Of a stretch of 32,000 nucleotides of DNA, positions 24,430 to 32,000 are shown piece by piece. The stretch spans positions 401,264 to 433,263 of the forward strand of contig GG663738.1 of assembly GCA_000151265.1 (NCBI GenBank), given 5' to 3'. The first letter of the stretch is position 1; the number at the start of each line of letters is the position of its first letter. Source of the DNA: Micromonas pusilla (Eukaryota). The translations under genes and the position numbers were made by a program. Under the pieces are notes generated by a model, which was given only the letters and a program-made list of their open reading frames with translations, did not search any database and was not told the DNA's origin.

Positions 24430-26496
24430 TCAGTTCGACGCTTCTCTGTTCTTCGCCGCGTCGTCGCGGAGCCGCGCGAATACCCCGGGTGGAACAATTC
24501 CGTTCACGACGCGCGAGCACGTCTCTCGGTGCGGCGGGTGCTGCTCCGTTCCGCGGGCCCAGTCCTTCTGCTGGCACCGTTTGTTGCAGTACCGCACGCC
24601 GCGACACAGTTTGCATCCCAAACGAACGTCGCGCTTACCGCAGGTGACGCACGCTCGAAGCTTCACGAGCTCCTCAGAGGCGGCGGCGGCGGCGGCGGTG
24701 TCCCGGGGGTCAATTTCGTCCACTTTGGAGGCCTCCTTGGCCATCCGAAGGTTCTTCTCGAGTCCGCACCTCCCGTGAAGGAAGCAAAGACCGAGATGAT
24801 GATAGACATCTGCAGCCTTGTGATCAGGAAGCGGCCCGGAAACGAAGAGCTCCACGGCGTCGTCGCTGATGCTTGCACCGGAGAGTTCCATGATATCACG
24901 GAGAGCTTTCCTTTTAAGCGCCCTCAGTTCATCGAGATTCTCCACTTCCTTATCCGTGCCCAAAAACTCCACGCGCTCAGTAAGTATCTTCTCGATGGCT
25001 ACGTAATCGTATGGAGCGCCCTCCTGCAGGGCTTCAGTGACCGTGGCGTTCAGCATCTTCTGCGATTCTGCGTATCCCTTCGCGGCGGCTTTTGTAAACC
25101 AGTGCCGCGCCGTCGACACGTTTTTTGGAACGCCTTCGCCGTTGTAGTGAAGCATCCCGATGTTGTTGAAGAGGAACCCGGTTTGGAACATCGTTCCCGA
25201 GTTTCCTTGTGCCATGGCTCTTTCATACCACTTCATCGCTTCTTTGGGTTCGTTCATCTCTCTGACGAGAAAGAGCCCGTAGTTGGCTTGGGCTTCAGGA
25301 TCCCCCTTCGACGCGGCCGATCGAAGAAACCTGACCGCCATGGAAACGTTTCGCGGAACGCCGCAGCCTTGCCAGTAGATCAACCCGAGGCCGTACTCGG
25401 CCCGGGAGCTCCCCGCCGCCGCGGCTTTCTCGAACAATTTACGCGCGGTGTCGTAGTCGCCTTCGGATCTCAACATGCTCGCGAGATGAGCTTGCGCTTC
25501 AACGTGCCCGAGCTCCGCGGCCCTCTCGACCCAGTGACGCGAGAGCTCTTTGTTCTCCACGCCGCCGGTCCCGTAGTAGTAGTGCGAGGCGAGCTTCCAC
25601 GCCGCATCGCGGCACCCGTCGTTCGCCTTGTTCACGAGATCGTCGGTGTTGTAATCGCCCCTTGATCTTGAATTGCGGTCGAGGTAAGCTTGCGCTTCAA
25701 CGTGCCCGAGCTCCGCGGCCCTCTCGACCCAGTGACGCGAGAGCTCTTTGTCCTTCTCCACGCCGCCGGTCCCGTGGTAGTAGTGCGAGCCGAGCTCCCA
25801 CGCCGCATCGCCGCACCCGTCGTTCGCCTTCTTCACGAGACCGTCGAGGAGACCGTCATGCCCATACCCTTCGGTTTCCTTCAAACACTCATTCGCTTTT
25901 TCGTACCCGAGTTCGGCTGCCCTCGTCCACCACTCCCGCGCCTTCGCGAGGTTTCGCTCCGAGCCGACGCCGTCGAGGTACATCATCGCGATGTTGTGCA
26001 TCGCGCCCGCGTGTTCTTGCGCCGCGGCTTTCTCGTACCATGTCATCGCTTCTCCGTGATGTCCTGTACTTTCGAGATAACGCCCGTAGTTGTTTTGGGC
26101 TTCACGCATCCCCTTCGACGCCGCTTTCAAGTACCACCCCGCCGCCGCACACGTGCGTTCCTCTACGCTGAGGCCGTCTCCGTGTCCGTGGTCGTAGAGC
26201 ACCCCGAGGTTGTACGCGGCGTCAGGGCTGCCCTGCGCCGCAGCTTTCTCCCACCACGTGCGCGCGAAGTCGTTCTCGCCTGCATTTTTATGCCAGACGG
26301 CGAAGGCGACTTGGGCGTCAGCGTTCCCCAGCTCCGCGCTCCTAAAGAGCCACTGACGTGCGATCTGAATGTCTTTCTCCACGCCGTCGGACCCTTCCGC
26401 GTAGTGACGTGAGAGCTTGAACGCCGCCTCCCCGCACCCGCCGTTCGCCTTCTTCACGGGGTCGCGGATCTTTCGCGGAAGCTTGATTTTCGGCAT
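24430..26496 (-). CDS. Sel1-like-repeat protein with C-terminal MYND zinc finger (688 aa), paralogue C
   Basis: This lies within ORF 24430..26658, starting at the ATG at 26494-26496 (MPKIKLPRKIRDPVKKANGGCGEAAFKLSRHYAEG...). There are ~11 Sel1 repeats (ARQWLFRSAELGNADAQVAF, WWEKAAAQGSPDAAYNLGVLYDHGHG, etc.). The C-terminus CVTCGKRDVRLGCKLCRGVRYCNKRCQQKDWARGTEQHPPHRETC is a MYND pattern. Confidence 0.85.
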   Translation of the reverse strand: MPKIKLPRKIRDPVKKANGGCGEAAFKLSRHYAEGSDGVEKDIQIARQWLFRSAELGNADAQVAFAVWHKNAGENDFARTWWEKAAAQGSPDAAYNLGVLYDHGHGDGLSVEERTCAAAGWYLKAASKGMREAQNNYGRYLESTGHHGEAMTWYEKAAAQEHAGAMHNIAMMYLDGVGSERNLAKAREWWTRAAELGYEKANECLKETEGYGHDGLLDGLVKKANDGCGDAAWELGSHYYHGTGGVEKDKELSRHWVERAAELGHVEAQAYLDRNSRSRGDYNTDDLVNKANDGCRDAAWKLASHYYYGTGGVENKELSRHWVERAAELGHVEAQAHLASMLRSEGDYDTARKLFEKAAAAGSSRAEYGLGLIYWQGCGVPRNVSMAVRFLRSAASKGDPEAQANYGLFLVREMNEPKEAMKWYERAMAQGNSGTMFQTGFLFNNIGMLHYNGEGVPKNVSTARHWFTKAAAKGYAESQKMLNATVTEALQEGAPYDYVAIEKILTERVEFLGTDKEVENLDELRALKRKALRDIMELSGASISDDAVELFVSGPLPDHKAADVYHHLGLCFLHGRCGLEKNLRMAKEASKVDEIDPRDTAAAAAASEELVKLRACVTCGKRDVRLGCKLCRGVRYCNKRCQQKDWARGTEQHPPHRETCSRVVNGIVPPGVFARLRDDAAKNREASN
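25489..25840 (-). repeat. near-identical tandem duplication (period 198 bp) inside the Sel1-MYND gene
   Basis: 25489..25639 and 25687..25840 share agcttgcgcttcaacgtgcccgagctccgcggccctctcgacccagtgacgcgagagctctttgt..ccacgccgccggtcccgt.gtagtagtgcgag. They differ by a few substitutions and a 3-nt indel. The protein level shows NDGC(G/R)DAAW(E/K)L(G/A)SHYY(H/Y)GTGGVE..ELSRHWVERAAELGHVEAQA twice. Confidence 0.9.
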
Positions 26497-26935
26497 CGCG
26501 TCGTGGCGGCGACAGGGAAAGTGCCGCGGCAGCTGCCGTCGTCGTGGCTTTCCGAGGTGCAATCCGTCGGAGCGTTTTTCCCTCGTTCCGACGACAAGAC
26601 GGGAAAGCGGAAAGACGCTGGTTCCTGTTCGCCCCCGACTTTCACTCAAAATGCTCATAAGGTTTCACGTTCTTCCGTACTACGTACGGAAGTGAGGTGC
26701 CAGCCGCGACAGTTTTCGCGCGACGTCGGACGCCTCCAGTCGTCGTGTCGCGCCGCACGCCGCGCGTCGTCGTCCCCGTCGACCGCGCACGAGCGCGCGC
26801 GAGTACGCGAAGATCCGCGAACGCATTTCGATACGCATCGCCTTTCATTCAGCGTTCGAGGTGCCGTGAGATCCCCGCGCGCGCCCGTCCCGAGATCCTC
26901 CGAGAGTTGTTCCCCCGAATCGTCGCGGGAGTTCG
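26497..26935. promoter_or_regulatory. putative bidirectional promoter (Sel1-MYND / GRXCR-like gene)
   Basis: 439 bp lie between divergent ATGs. This is inferred from arrangement only. Confidence 0.3.
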
Positions 26936-28474
26936 ATGGCGCCGTGCCACTGCATGGCGAAGCCGACCACGGCGTCGCCCACCGGAAGTCTTCCCGAGTC
27001 CCCGCCCCCCGCGGCGATCGTCGATGACGTCGCAGAGAACACGCGCGCGGAAGCTCGGGCGTCCGTCGCCGTCGCGACCCCCGAGGCTGACGCGGACGCG
27101 GACGCGGACGAATCTCGTCCCGCGGAGACGGCACCGAAACGCGGCGCGAACGCGGAGGCTGACGACCCGTCGGCGTCCCCAGCCGCGGTCGAACCCGATC
27201 TCGTGGAGCTGATGATGGAGGCGATGCGCGAGGTCGTGGAGACTTCGACGCCGACGAGAGAGGACGCGACCGCGGCGGCGGAGGAGGAGGAAGTGGCGGG
27301 GACGCGCGCCGAACGCGCCGCCGCCGGCGGCGGGCCGTCGCCGTCGAAAGTCGCCGCCGCCGCCGCGGAACCGACGGACGACGCCGCGTACGATAGCGAC
27401 GAGGACGACGTCATCAGCGTGTTCCTCGGATCGCCGCCAGCCACGGCGCGCGCGCCCGCGAGGGTGGCGGTGGTCGTGGAGGAGGAGGTCGTCGAGTTTC
27501 CGCCGTCGCCGCCGCGAGATGTCGTCGTCGCCGCGGCGGAAAAAAGTCCGAAACCGACGACGGCGACGCCGACGCCGCCGGTCGAACGCGAAGCGAGCCC
27601 GGGCGTGGACGTCATCGACGCGTTCCTCGCGCGCACGGTGTCCCCGGGCGGAGGGAACGAGTCCGACTCCACGGACGACGCGATCAGCGAGTTCTTGTGT
27701 TCGCCGCACGTCGTGAACCCCGCGCCGGCGGCGGCACCGCCTCGGGAAGCGACGCCGCCGCCGACGCCGCCGACGCCGACGCCGCGAAACGGACGCAGCC
27801 CGCTCGCGACGCTTCCGTCGCCGCGGAAAGAAAACACGCCGCCGCCGCCCGCGAAGCACCAAAAATCTCCACAGAAGACCGAACGAGACGAGTGGAAGAC
27901 CGCGGTCGTGCTGTACGTCACTTCCATGAGCGCGGTGCGCGCGACGAAGGACAAGTGCGACCGCGCGCGAGCCGCGACGCGGGCGCTCGGCGTCGCGAAC
28001 GCGATCGAGCGCGACGTCGCGGCGGCGTGCGCGTACAGAGAAGAACTCCGCGGCCGCCTCGCCGCGACGAGTGGACCCGGCGCCGGGAAAGGGCTGGTCG
28101 TGCCGTACTTGTTCGTGGGCGACGTCGCGGTCGCGGGAGGGGATGAGCTGGACGCGCTCGTGTGCGATGGAGGGTTGGAAGACGCTCTGAAGGCGCTCGG
28201 CGCGCGACGCGGGGACGACGAGGAAAACGGAGAAGACGGAGACGAAAATGTAAATGTAAAGAAGAAGGAATGCGGCGGGTGCGGAGGGCGCGGGTTCGTC
28301 GTCTGCGGGAAGTGCCACGGAAGCACGAGGGTGCACTGCGTCGACGTCACGCGGAGATGTTTCGCGTGCAACGAGGTCGGGATGACGGAGTGCGTCGCGT
28401 GCGTGCCGGCGTTCGCGAGGACCGCGGCGAGTCCGCTCGCGTCTCCGGCGCGAGGCGCCGCCGTCCGGTGTTGA
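26936..28474 (+). CDS. glutaredoxin-domain / cysteine-rich protein (GRXCR1-like plant 'glutaredoxin family'), 512 aa
   Basis: A long Ala/Pro/Glu-rich disordered N-terminal part comes first. A GRX-like fold follows: VVLYVTSMSAVRATKDKCDRARAATRALGVANAIERDVAA..REELRGRL..VPYLFVGDVAVAGGDELDALVCDGGLEDALK. The Cys cluster is CGGCGGRGFVVCGKCHGSTRVHC..RCFACNEVGMTECVAC. Confidence 0.7.
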   Translation: MAPCHCMAKPTTASPTGSLPESPPPAAIVDDVAENTRAEARASVAVATPEADADADADESRPAETAPKRGANAEADDPSASPAAVEPDLVELMMEAMREVVETSTPTREDATAAAEEEEVAGTRAERAAAGGGPSPSKVAAAAAEPTDDAAYDSDEDDVISVFLGSPPATARAPARVAVVVEEEVVEFPPSPPRDVVVAAAEKSPKPTTATPTPPVEREASPGVDVIDAFLARTVSPGGGNESDSTDDAISEFLCSPHVVNPAPAAAPPREATPPPTPPTPTPRNGRSPLATLPSPRKENTPPPPAKHQKSPQKTERDEWKTAVVLYVTSMSAVRATKDKCDRARAATRALGVANAIERDVAAACAYREELRGRLAATSGPGAGKGLVVPYLFVGDVAVAGGDELDALVCDGGLEDALKALGARRGDDEENGEDGDENVNVKKKECGGCGGRGFVVCGKCHGSTRVHCVDVTRRCFACNEVGMTECVACVPAFARTAASPLASPARGAAVRC

Positions 28475-28629
28475 GACGACTGGAAGCGCCGCATCGAGCC
28501 AAACCATTTATTTTCCGCGTCGCGCGCGAGTACGCGTACTGTAGAAGACGACGAATGCGCGTTCACATCACCACGCCAACCGCGACCCGCGCCGGCCGAC
28601 GTCTCTCTCGACCGACTACTACTGTATAC

Positions 28630-29919
28630 CTACGGATACCGCCGCCGCGTCGTCGTCGTCCCCGGGGGTCGGCTGTACGACCCGGTGTAGTACCCCGCGT
28701 AGTACCACGACATGAGCAAGTTGGCGAGCTCGTCGACGTCGTCCTCCGTCCCGCTTGGAACGGTCGCCGCCGCGGTCGCGCGCGCGGACGCGCCGACGTC
28801 CGCGCCGGGCGGCGGCGGCGGCGGCGGCGGAGCCGCGCGCTGCGGTGCTCCATAGTACGCGTCGTACGATGTATCGTACGACGTGTCCGCGGCGTAGTAG
28901 CCGCGGTACGGATCGTACGGCGGCGGCGGCGCGCGCGGCGGCGGCGTCGTCCCCGGCGGCGGCGGCGTCCGCGGCGGTCCCGGCGGTCCCCCCGGGTGAT
29001 GATGACGATGAAGATGCCGCCCGTGGTAGACGACGTCGTGCTCGTGGTGGTGGTGACGCGGCGGGTGGTGGAGGTGGTGGTGGTGACGCGGCGGCGGTTG
29101 ATGCGCTGCCCCCTCGGGCGGGTACCCGTGTCCGTCTCCGTATCCGTACCCGCGTCCGCGCCGGCTGCCGTCGTCGCGCGCGCCGCGCTCTTCTCCCGCG
29201 TACGCGTACGCGTCGTGCGTGACGCCGACCCCTCGCTGGTCTTCCTGCGGCGCCTGCGCCTGCGCCTGCGACGCGTAGTGTGCCTCCCACGCCTCCCACT
29301 CGCGCCACGCGGCTTCGCGCTCGCTCTCCCCGCCGCCGCCGCCGCCGGTAACGTCGGTTCCGAATCGTCCTCCTCCTCCTCCTCCTCCTCCTCCTCGTCC
29401 TCCTCCTCCTCCTCCAAATCCTCCGTCCCCGCTCCCGACATCGCCCGCGCGCGCGACGGGGACGCCGAGGACGACGTTCGCGACCGGCGTCCCCACCGCG
29501 GGCGGCGGCTCGTCGTCCGCGGGCGCGATCTCGGACGACGGACGCGACGCCTGCGCGCGCTTAGGGATCGCGTGCAGAGGCGTCACGCGCGGGGCGTTCG
29601 ATCGCGGCGACGCGTCCGCGCCGCCGCCCGGGGTCGATCCCGCGACGTGCGACGCCGCGCGCGGCGAGCGCGTCGGCGTCGCCGCCGCGCCGCCGCCCTT
29701 GGATTTCCCGCTCCCCGAGGAGCGCCCGCCGGCGACGCTCGGGGAGAGACGCGACGCGGTCGCCGAGGACGAGAGCCCGTGCGATCGCTTGTACGACTCC
29801 ACCGCGGTCTTGTACGCGTCCATGAGCGCGTCGTCGTTCCACGCGTCGACGTCGTCTTCTGCCGCCGCGGCGGGGGACGACGACGCGAAGAGCGCCTCGG
29901 TCGTGGACGACCACGACAT
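28630..29919 (-). CDS. SMN: SMN (survival motor neuron)-like protein: Gemin2-binding-type N-terminus and C-terminal YG box, no Tudor domain (429 aa)
   Basis: This lies within ORF 28630..30045, starting at the ATG at 29917-29919. The N-terminus [25 protein letters not shown] parallels human SMN [22 protein letters not shown]. The C-terminus [20 protein letters not shown] parallels ALGSMLISWYMSGYHTGYY. The middle is Gly-, His- and Pro-rich low complexity. Confidence 0.7.
   Translation of the reverse strand: [429 protein letters not shown]
29341..29415 (-). repeat. (CCT)n/(GGA)n trinucleotide repeat encoding the poly-Gly/RGG region of the SMN-like protein
   Basis: Direct reading: cgtcctcctcctcctcctcctcctcctcgtcctcctcctcctcctcc. 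Confidence 0.85.
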
Positions 29920-30080
29920 CGCGCGCGGCGGTTCGTGCGCGCGGGGTGTGACGAGGGTTCCAAAGAATGCCGCGCTGCGTTCGTTGTTAAAAAAGAAACT
30001 ATACGACCTCGAGGCTACACGTGTACGCGTCGCATTCTTCTTCATCTGAGAGCTACTCTACATATTCCCCCTCTCTCGCG

Positions 30081-30213
30081 TCAATCGAACGCGAACCCCT
30101 CGACGCCGTGCCGCAGCGCGGTCGTGACCTGCTGCTCGAGCACGTCGTAGCTCGGGTACGCGGGCAATCGCAGCGTGTTAAAACACGTGGACGCCGTCGG
30201 CAACGCGTACGAC

Positions 30214-30278
<65 letters not shown>

Positions 30279-31856
30279 CTCGGTCCACCCCGCGGCCACG
30301 CGCATGACCTCGAACAGACGCACGCCGTTCATCCCTTGCAGCTGCGCGAACCCGCCCGCGGGCATCCTCGACGACCCGGTGACGAACTTTAGCAACAGCG
30401 TCCGCTCCTCCGGGGTGAACTTACCGACGAGCCGCCAGAGCCAGCGAACTTGCGGCGAATCCGCGTCGTAGCCGCCCTCGTAAATCGTGTTCGCGCGCCA
30501 TTCGTCCACGTCGATCTTCGCGGTGCCGCCCATGAGACACGCGAGCTCGGGCGCGGTGAACATCCGGACGTACTCCGCGGGGACGACGTCGTTCATCGCC
30601 GCGCGGACGCACTTCACGGCGGCCGACCGCGTGACCCGTCGAACGTCGTGCGCGACGCGAAGTCGCAGGTACTCTTCGACGTTGGCGTCCGTCACCGGCT
30701 TCATCTTTCCCCCGGGCACGAGCTCGGTCTCGATCATCCTCGTCCCGGCCGCGCCGCCGAAAACGCCTCCCGGCTCCGGCTCCGGGACGGTGATTTCTTC
30801 CTCTTCGACGCTGAACGTGAGCGCGAGCGCGTCGACGCCGTCGGTCATCGCGCGCACGTTTTCGTACCCTCGCGCGGTTTGCGGCGCCATCTCCTCCACG
30901 TCCTCCCATCCCGCGGCGTCCGCCCTCCCCGCGAGCGCTTTCAGGAACGCGGACGAGAACGCGACGGGCAGCGGCGATTCGTGGAGGATCGCGTACCCGA
31001 GGAGCCACCCTAACGCGGTGTATTCGTCCTCTAAACGACGCGGCAGCGGCGACGGCAACGGCGGCGGATGATAGATCGCGAGCCCGTCAGACGTCGGCCG
31101 GAGCAACGCGATCCCGAGGTCGGTCGACCCGCCGCCGGCGCTTCGCGCGTCGTCGTCGTCGTCCTCGTCGCGCTCGAGACGCTCGAATCCGTCCTCGTCC
31201 ACGTCGCCGTCGTCGGACTCGGGCTCCCACCCCGCGAGGTTCGACTCCGTTCTCGCGCCCGTCACCGCGCTCGCGAGGACGTCCATGAGTTCGCGCTCGA
31301 CGCCCGGCCCCCCCGCGGGCTGCCCGACGAACCGCAGGTGGTAGCACAGCGGCGAGCGCTTCACGGCTTCCACGCCGTAGCGCCACACCCAGCGCGTGAA
31401 CGAATTCCACGGGTCCGAGTGCTTCGCCGTGAAGCCGCGGATGACGCCACTTCGCGCGTGACCGAAAAATTGGTTCCGGTCGATGCCGCGCGTGATCTCG
31501 TCGAGCTTCAGCCGCAGCCAATCGCGTCGGTTCGCGAAGTTCACGATCGTCGTGCGTCGCATCAGGAACGCGAGCGCGCCGTCGAGGAGCGTCAAGTGAT
31601 TCGCGATGTACGCGTTCAGCGCGTCGTAGAACGGCGGCACGGTCGCGAGCGTTTTCAAAACGCCGATGACTTTCGGCCGCGACCCGTGATCGTTCATCAC
31701 CACGTGCATCGCTTCCAATTGCGCCCCGAGATGGACGCGCAGGAGCGCCAACACCATGTCTCGGTTCCCCGCGAAGTCCGCGTACATCAGCGGGATCCAC
31801 CCCTTGCTGTCCGCGATCGTCCGATCGACGTTCATCTCGTTCAACAACAGCTTCAC
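30081..31856 (-). CDS. HECT-domain E3 ubiquitin ligase with N-terminal ankyrin repeats (HACE1-like architecture); 5' end unresolved
   Basis: HECT C-lobe: TPEERTLLLKFVTGSSRMPAGGFAQLQG.....[40 protein letters not shown], then stop. The N-terminal visible part, (ND)TEVVKLLLNEMNVDRTIADSKGWIPLMYADFAGNRDMVLALL, is ANK-like. The frame stays open to 31898 without an ATG, so at least one more 5' exon is expected. Confidence 0.8.
30214..30279 (-). repeat. (CCG)22 = (GGC)n trinucleotide microsatellite, in frame, encoding a long poly-Gly run in the HECT domain
   Basis: Direct reading of uninterrupted ccgccgccg... from 30214 to ~30279, translated as [37 protein letters not shown]. Confidence 0.95.
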
Positions 31857-32000
31857 GACCTCCGTGTCGTTCCATACAAAGCGATATCGGGGTGGAGTTC
31901 AAAGGCGTCAGCTGGAGTTGAAAGGCGCCGAGGGCGGGCGTTGAAAGCGAGTGGTGGGCGGAGATGCACGACGGCAAAAGTCCTTAAGGATCGGCGTTCA

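Noticed and set aside
26845-28566. 573-aa and 552-aa minus-strand ORFs
   Set aside because: They are antisense shadows of the GRXCR-like gene, with low-complexity Ser/Ala/Gly or Arg-rich translations.
28162-30150. 662-aa plus-strand ORF
   Set aside because: It is Arg-rich nonsense antisense to the SMN-like gene, and it would overlap the GRXCR gene's 3' end.
1-32000. Prokaryotic accessory island or defence-system reading (MraY + Sel1 + ankyrin + zinc-ribbon genes, many overlapping ORFs)
   Set aside because: There are phase-consistent GT-AG introns and a nuclear-type intron-containing tRNA with a Pol III T-run. Transit-peptide-like leaders and eukaryote-only families (LYAR, SMN, HECT, CDK, PET100, F-box-like, MYND) are present. 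I see no Shine-Dalgarno or operon organisation, so the region is eukaryotic nuclear DNA. No nuclease, helicase or methylase-type defence genes were seen.

Overview
This window looks like very gene-dense, GC-rich (roughly two-thirds G+C by eye) eukaryotic nuclear DNA. It is not a prokaryotic island. The supporting evidence is as follows:
- Short GT-AG introns have CTGAC/CTAAC-type branch sites and C-rich tracts, and their reading-frame phases check out by hand.
- A nuclear-type tRNA-Lys(UUU) carries a canonical 37/38 intron and is followed by a Pol III T-run.
- Two products have transit-peptide-like leaders (FKBP, MraY).
- Intergenic spacers are only 70-440 bp.

The combination is most consistent with a Mamiellophyceae green alga (Micromonas-like), but that assignment is inference only.

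I can support about 20 protein genes plus one tRNA:
- a myosin-VIII-like tail (partial)
- a lumenal-type FKBP
- a 3-exon gene with an Sgf11-type zinc-finger motif
- a CobW_C-domain protein lacking the GTPase domain
- a LYAR zinc-finger protein
- three Sel1-repeat paralogues (two with a shared F-box-like module, one with a C-terminal MYND finger)
- a 3-exon EF-hand protein carrying about twelve 150-bp tandem coding repeats
- a small orphan ORF
- a 2-exon membrane DnaJ
- a CDK20/CDKF-like kinase with loop insertions
- a 2-exon orphan
- an F-box-like/ankyrin protein
- a long coiled-coil protein
- PET100
- plastid-type MraY
- a GRXCR-like glutaredoxin/Cys-rich protein
- an SMN-like protein without a Tudor domain
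- a HECT E3 ligase (5' end unresolved)

I see no rRNA, CRISPR array, recognisable transposon or prokaryote-style defence system. Most long ORFs in the supplied track are GC-driven antisense or out-of-frame shadows.

The observations most worth follow-up are:
- the ~80-bp direct repeat (a copy of the coiled-coil gene's 3' coding end) that brackets the ankyrin gene
- the nuclear MraY (plastid peptidoglycan relic)
- the SMN-like gene
- the (CCG)22 poly-Gly tract just upstream of the HECT catalytic Cys
- the EF-hand repeat array
- the clustered Sel1 paralogues, two of which share a 5' leader
- the tRNA-Lys locus with a duplicated 184-bp flank

All homology statements rest on motif recognition from memory. 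No searches were run.
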